44,715 nt of DNA from Shigella phage vB_SboD_StarDew: sequence record NC_073082; one strand, written 5' to 3'. Positions 43,359-44,715 of this stretch are shown here, piece by piece. The position numbers were made by a program, and so were the translations under genes. Numbering within the stretch: position 1 is the first letter of the stretch; each line of letters begins with the position of its first letter. The notes beneath the pieces are model-generated. The model had not been told where the DNA came from. It made no database searches and saw only the letters and a list, made by a program, of their open reading frames with translations.

Positions 43359-44501
43359 ATGCACCCGCAAACTAAAATCACCGACGAGCAATTGATCGCC
43401 GAGTTGCAATCCGGCACTACCGCGAAAGAGATTGCGAAGAAGTACGGCCTTTCCCTACGAAACGTCTATATGCGCAAAGCCCGCCTGTCGAAGAAAGGTA
43501 TTGGTCACGGTAATGATGCCGTAATCCGTAAGCGCGTTGCCGATGGCTTCGGCGTGAAGCGTGTCTCCGCCCTGGTGCGTGGCAATGGCGAAGAGGTCAT
43601 GTCGTGGGTTATCACAGAGCAGGACAAGGAGCGCCAACTCGAAGCTATGCGCGCTGTTGTCGAGGGCATGAACAGCGAAATCACACCGGCAGCGCCAGTA
43701 AAAGCCCCGCCAGTCCCGATCCAGGCGCTCGACTTGCTAAACCTGTACACCGTGTCAGACTTCCACCTGGGCATGTTGGCGTGGGGCGAGGAGACTGGAG
43801 AAGACTGGGATATGGCAATCGCCGAAGATCTGTTTTACCGCTGGTTTGTCGAAGCCTTCGCACGCGCACCAGACGCAGGCACTGCCGTAATTAATATCCT
43901 CGGTGATATGGCGCACTTTGATAGCCTCGATGCGGTCACCCCGGCAAGTGGTCACGTACTTGACGCCGACACCCGATACCAGAAGTTGGTCCGCTACATG
44001 ATTCGCATGGTGCGCAACGTCGTCGAACTGGCGCTGCAAAAACACCACAAAGTCAAACTGCTAATCGTCCAGGGGAATCATGATGAGTCGGGCATGATTT
44101 GGCTTGCTGAGATGTTCAACACGCTGTACGAGAACGAGCCGCGCGTCGATGTGGATACGTCCCCGGACGTCTACAAAATGGTGCAGCACGGTAAGACCAC
44201 GCTATTCTTCCACCACGGGCACAAAGCGCGATTCGATGCTATCGAGACGGTTATGATTGCTAAGTTCAGGAAAGCATTTGGCGAAAGCGAGTACAGCTAC
44301 GCGCACGTAGGCCACTTGCACCACCAGAAGATTGTAGAATCCCGCAACATGATTGTTGAACAGCACCGGACGCTCGCAGCGAAAGACGCCTACGCCAGTC
44401 GTGGCGGTTGGATGTCCGGTCGCAGCGCAAACGTCATCACCTATAGCGCCAACTACGGCGAAGTAGCACGCTTAACCATTAGCCCGGAAATGTTGAAATG
44501 A
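43359..44501 (+). CDS. fusion protein: N-terminal HTH domain + calcineurin-like metallophosphoesterase
   Basis: HTH-like TAKEIAKKYGLSLRNVYMRKARL; phosphoesterase motifs VSDFHLG, ILGDMAHFD, VQGNHDE, FFHHGH, HVGHLHH in canonical order. Confidence 0.65.
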   Translation: MHPQTKITDEQLIAELQSGTTAKEIAKKYGLSLRNVYMRKARLSKKGIGHGNDAVIRKRVADGFGVKRVSALVRGNGEEVMSWVITEQDKERQLEAMRAVVEGMNSEITPAAPVKAPPVPIQALDLLNLYTVSDFHLGMLAWGEETGEDWDMAIAEDLFYRWFVEAFARAPDAGTAVINILGDMAHFDSLDAVTPASGHVLDADTRYQKLVRYMIRMVRNVVELALQKHHKVKLLIVQGNHDESGMIWLAEMFNTLYENEPRVDVDTSPDVYKMVQHGKTTLFFHHGHKARFDAIETVMIAKFRKAFGESEYSYAHVGHLHHQKIVESRNMIVEQHRTLAAKDAYASRGGWMSGRSANVITYSANYGEVARLTISPEMLK

Positions 44502-44710
44502 TTAGACAAATATTCATGAGCACGCAGGCCGATCGCCTGAAAGAACTACGCAAACAACTCGAAGGCTTGCGCCGATTCGAACGAACGGCAGCGGCGGTAG
44601 GCATGTCTATCAGCGAACGGATCGAGATACTATCGCAAATACGCTACACAGAGGGTGCGATAAGAGAAGTACAAAGCATGTTAACCCGATACTACGGGCG
44701 CGACGTTTAA
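44498..44710 (+). CDS. small hypothetical protein (70 aa), ATGA-coupled to the phosphoesterase gene
   Basis: Start overlaps upstream stop; charged helical-looking sequence. Confidence 0.4.
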   Translation: MIRQIFMSTQADRLKELRKQLEGLRRFERTAAAVGMSISERIEILSQIRYTEGAIREVQSMLTRYYGRDV

Positions 44711-44715
44711 ACCGC

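Noticed and set aside
1-44715. Prophage or temperate lifestyle (integrase, CI-like repressor, attachment site)
   Set aside because: No integrase or recombinase-like ORF, no repressor/antirepressor pair and no flanking host genes seen; the content fits a lytic phage, but only a search can exclude degenerate lysogeny genes.
1-44715. tRNA or rRNA genes
   Set aside because: No cloverleaf-compatible 70-90 nt segment with conserved T-loop (GTTCRANYC) noticed by eye in intergenic regions; not exhaustively computed.

Overview
The window reads as a complete or near-complete genome of a virulent, siphovirus-type tailed phage, linearised just upstream of the packaging genes. All calls come from reading the sequence and the supplied ORF track by eye; no database search or computation was run, so family names are motif-based inferences. 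Plus strand, left to right: small and large terminase, portal, head morphogenesis protein, an overlapped Rz/Rz1-like spanin pair, scaffold, major capsid, head-tail joining proteins, major tail protein, G/GT tail chaperone with a -1 frameshift site, tape measure, lambda-like tail tip (M-, L-, K-, I-, J-like) and a repeat-containing tail fiber. A long minus-strand operon (about 36.5 kb down to 24.2 kb) carries the replication and DNA-metabolism genes: family A DNA polymerase, SNF2-type helicase, VRR-NUC nuclease, gp2.5-like SSB, a Cas4-like nuclease, two DNA methyltransferase-like genes and a HAD phosphatase. A divergent control region at 36.6-36.9 kb starts the rightward genes: HTH protein, primase-helicase, a cluster of small unknown genes, holins plus GH24-type endolysin, and an HTH-metallophosphoesterase fusion. 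No integrase, repressor, tRNA or CRISPR array was seen. The most unusual signals are two copies of an about 200-300 bp GCGGGACA iteron/hairpin array 28 kb apart, a recurrent ATTGGTTGCA-containing promoter family, a promoter-terminator cassette that could make a roughly 57-nt leftward RNA, and several reverse-strand accessory genes inside the structural module.
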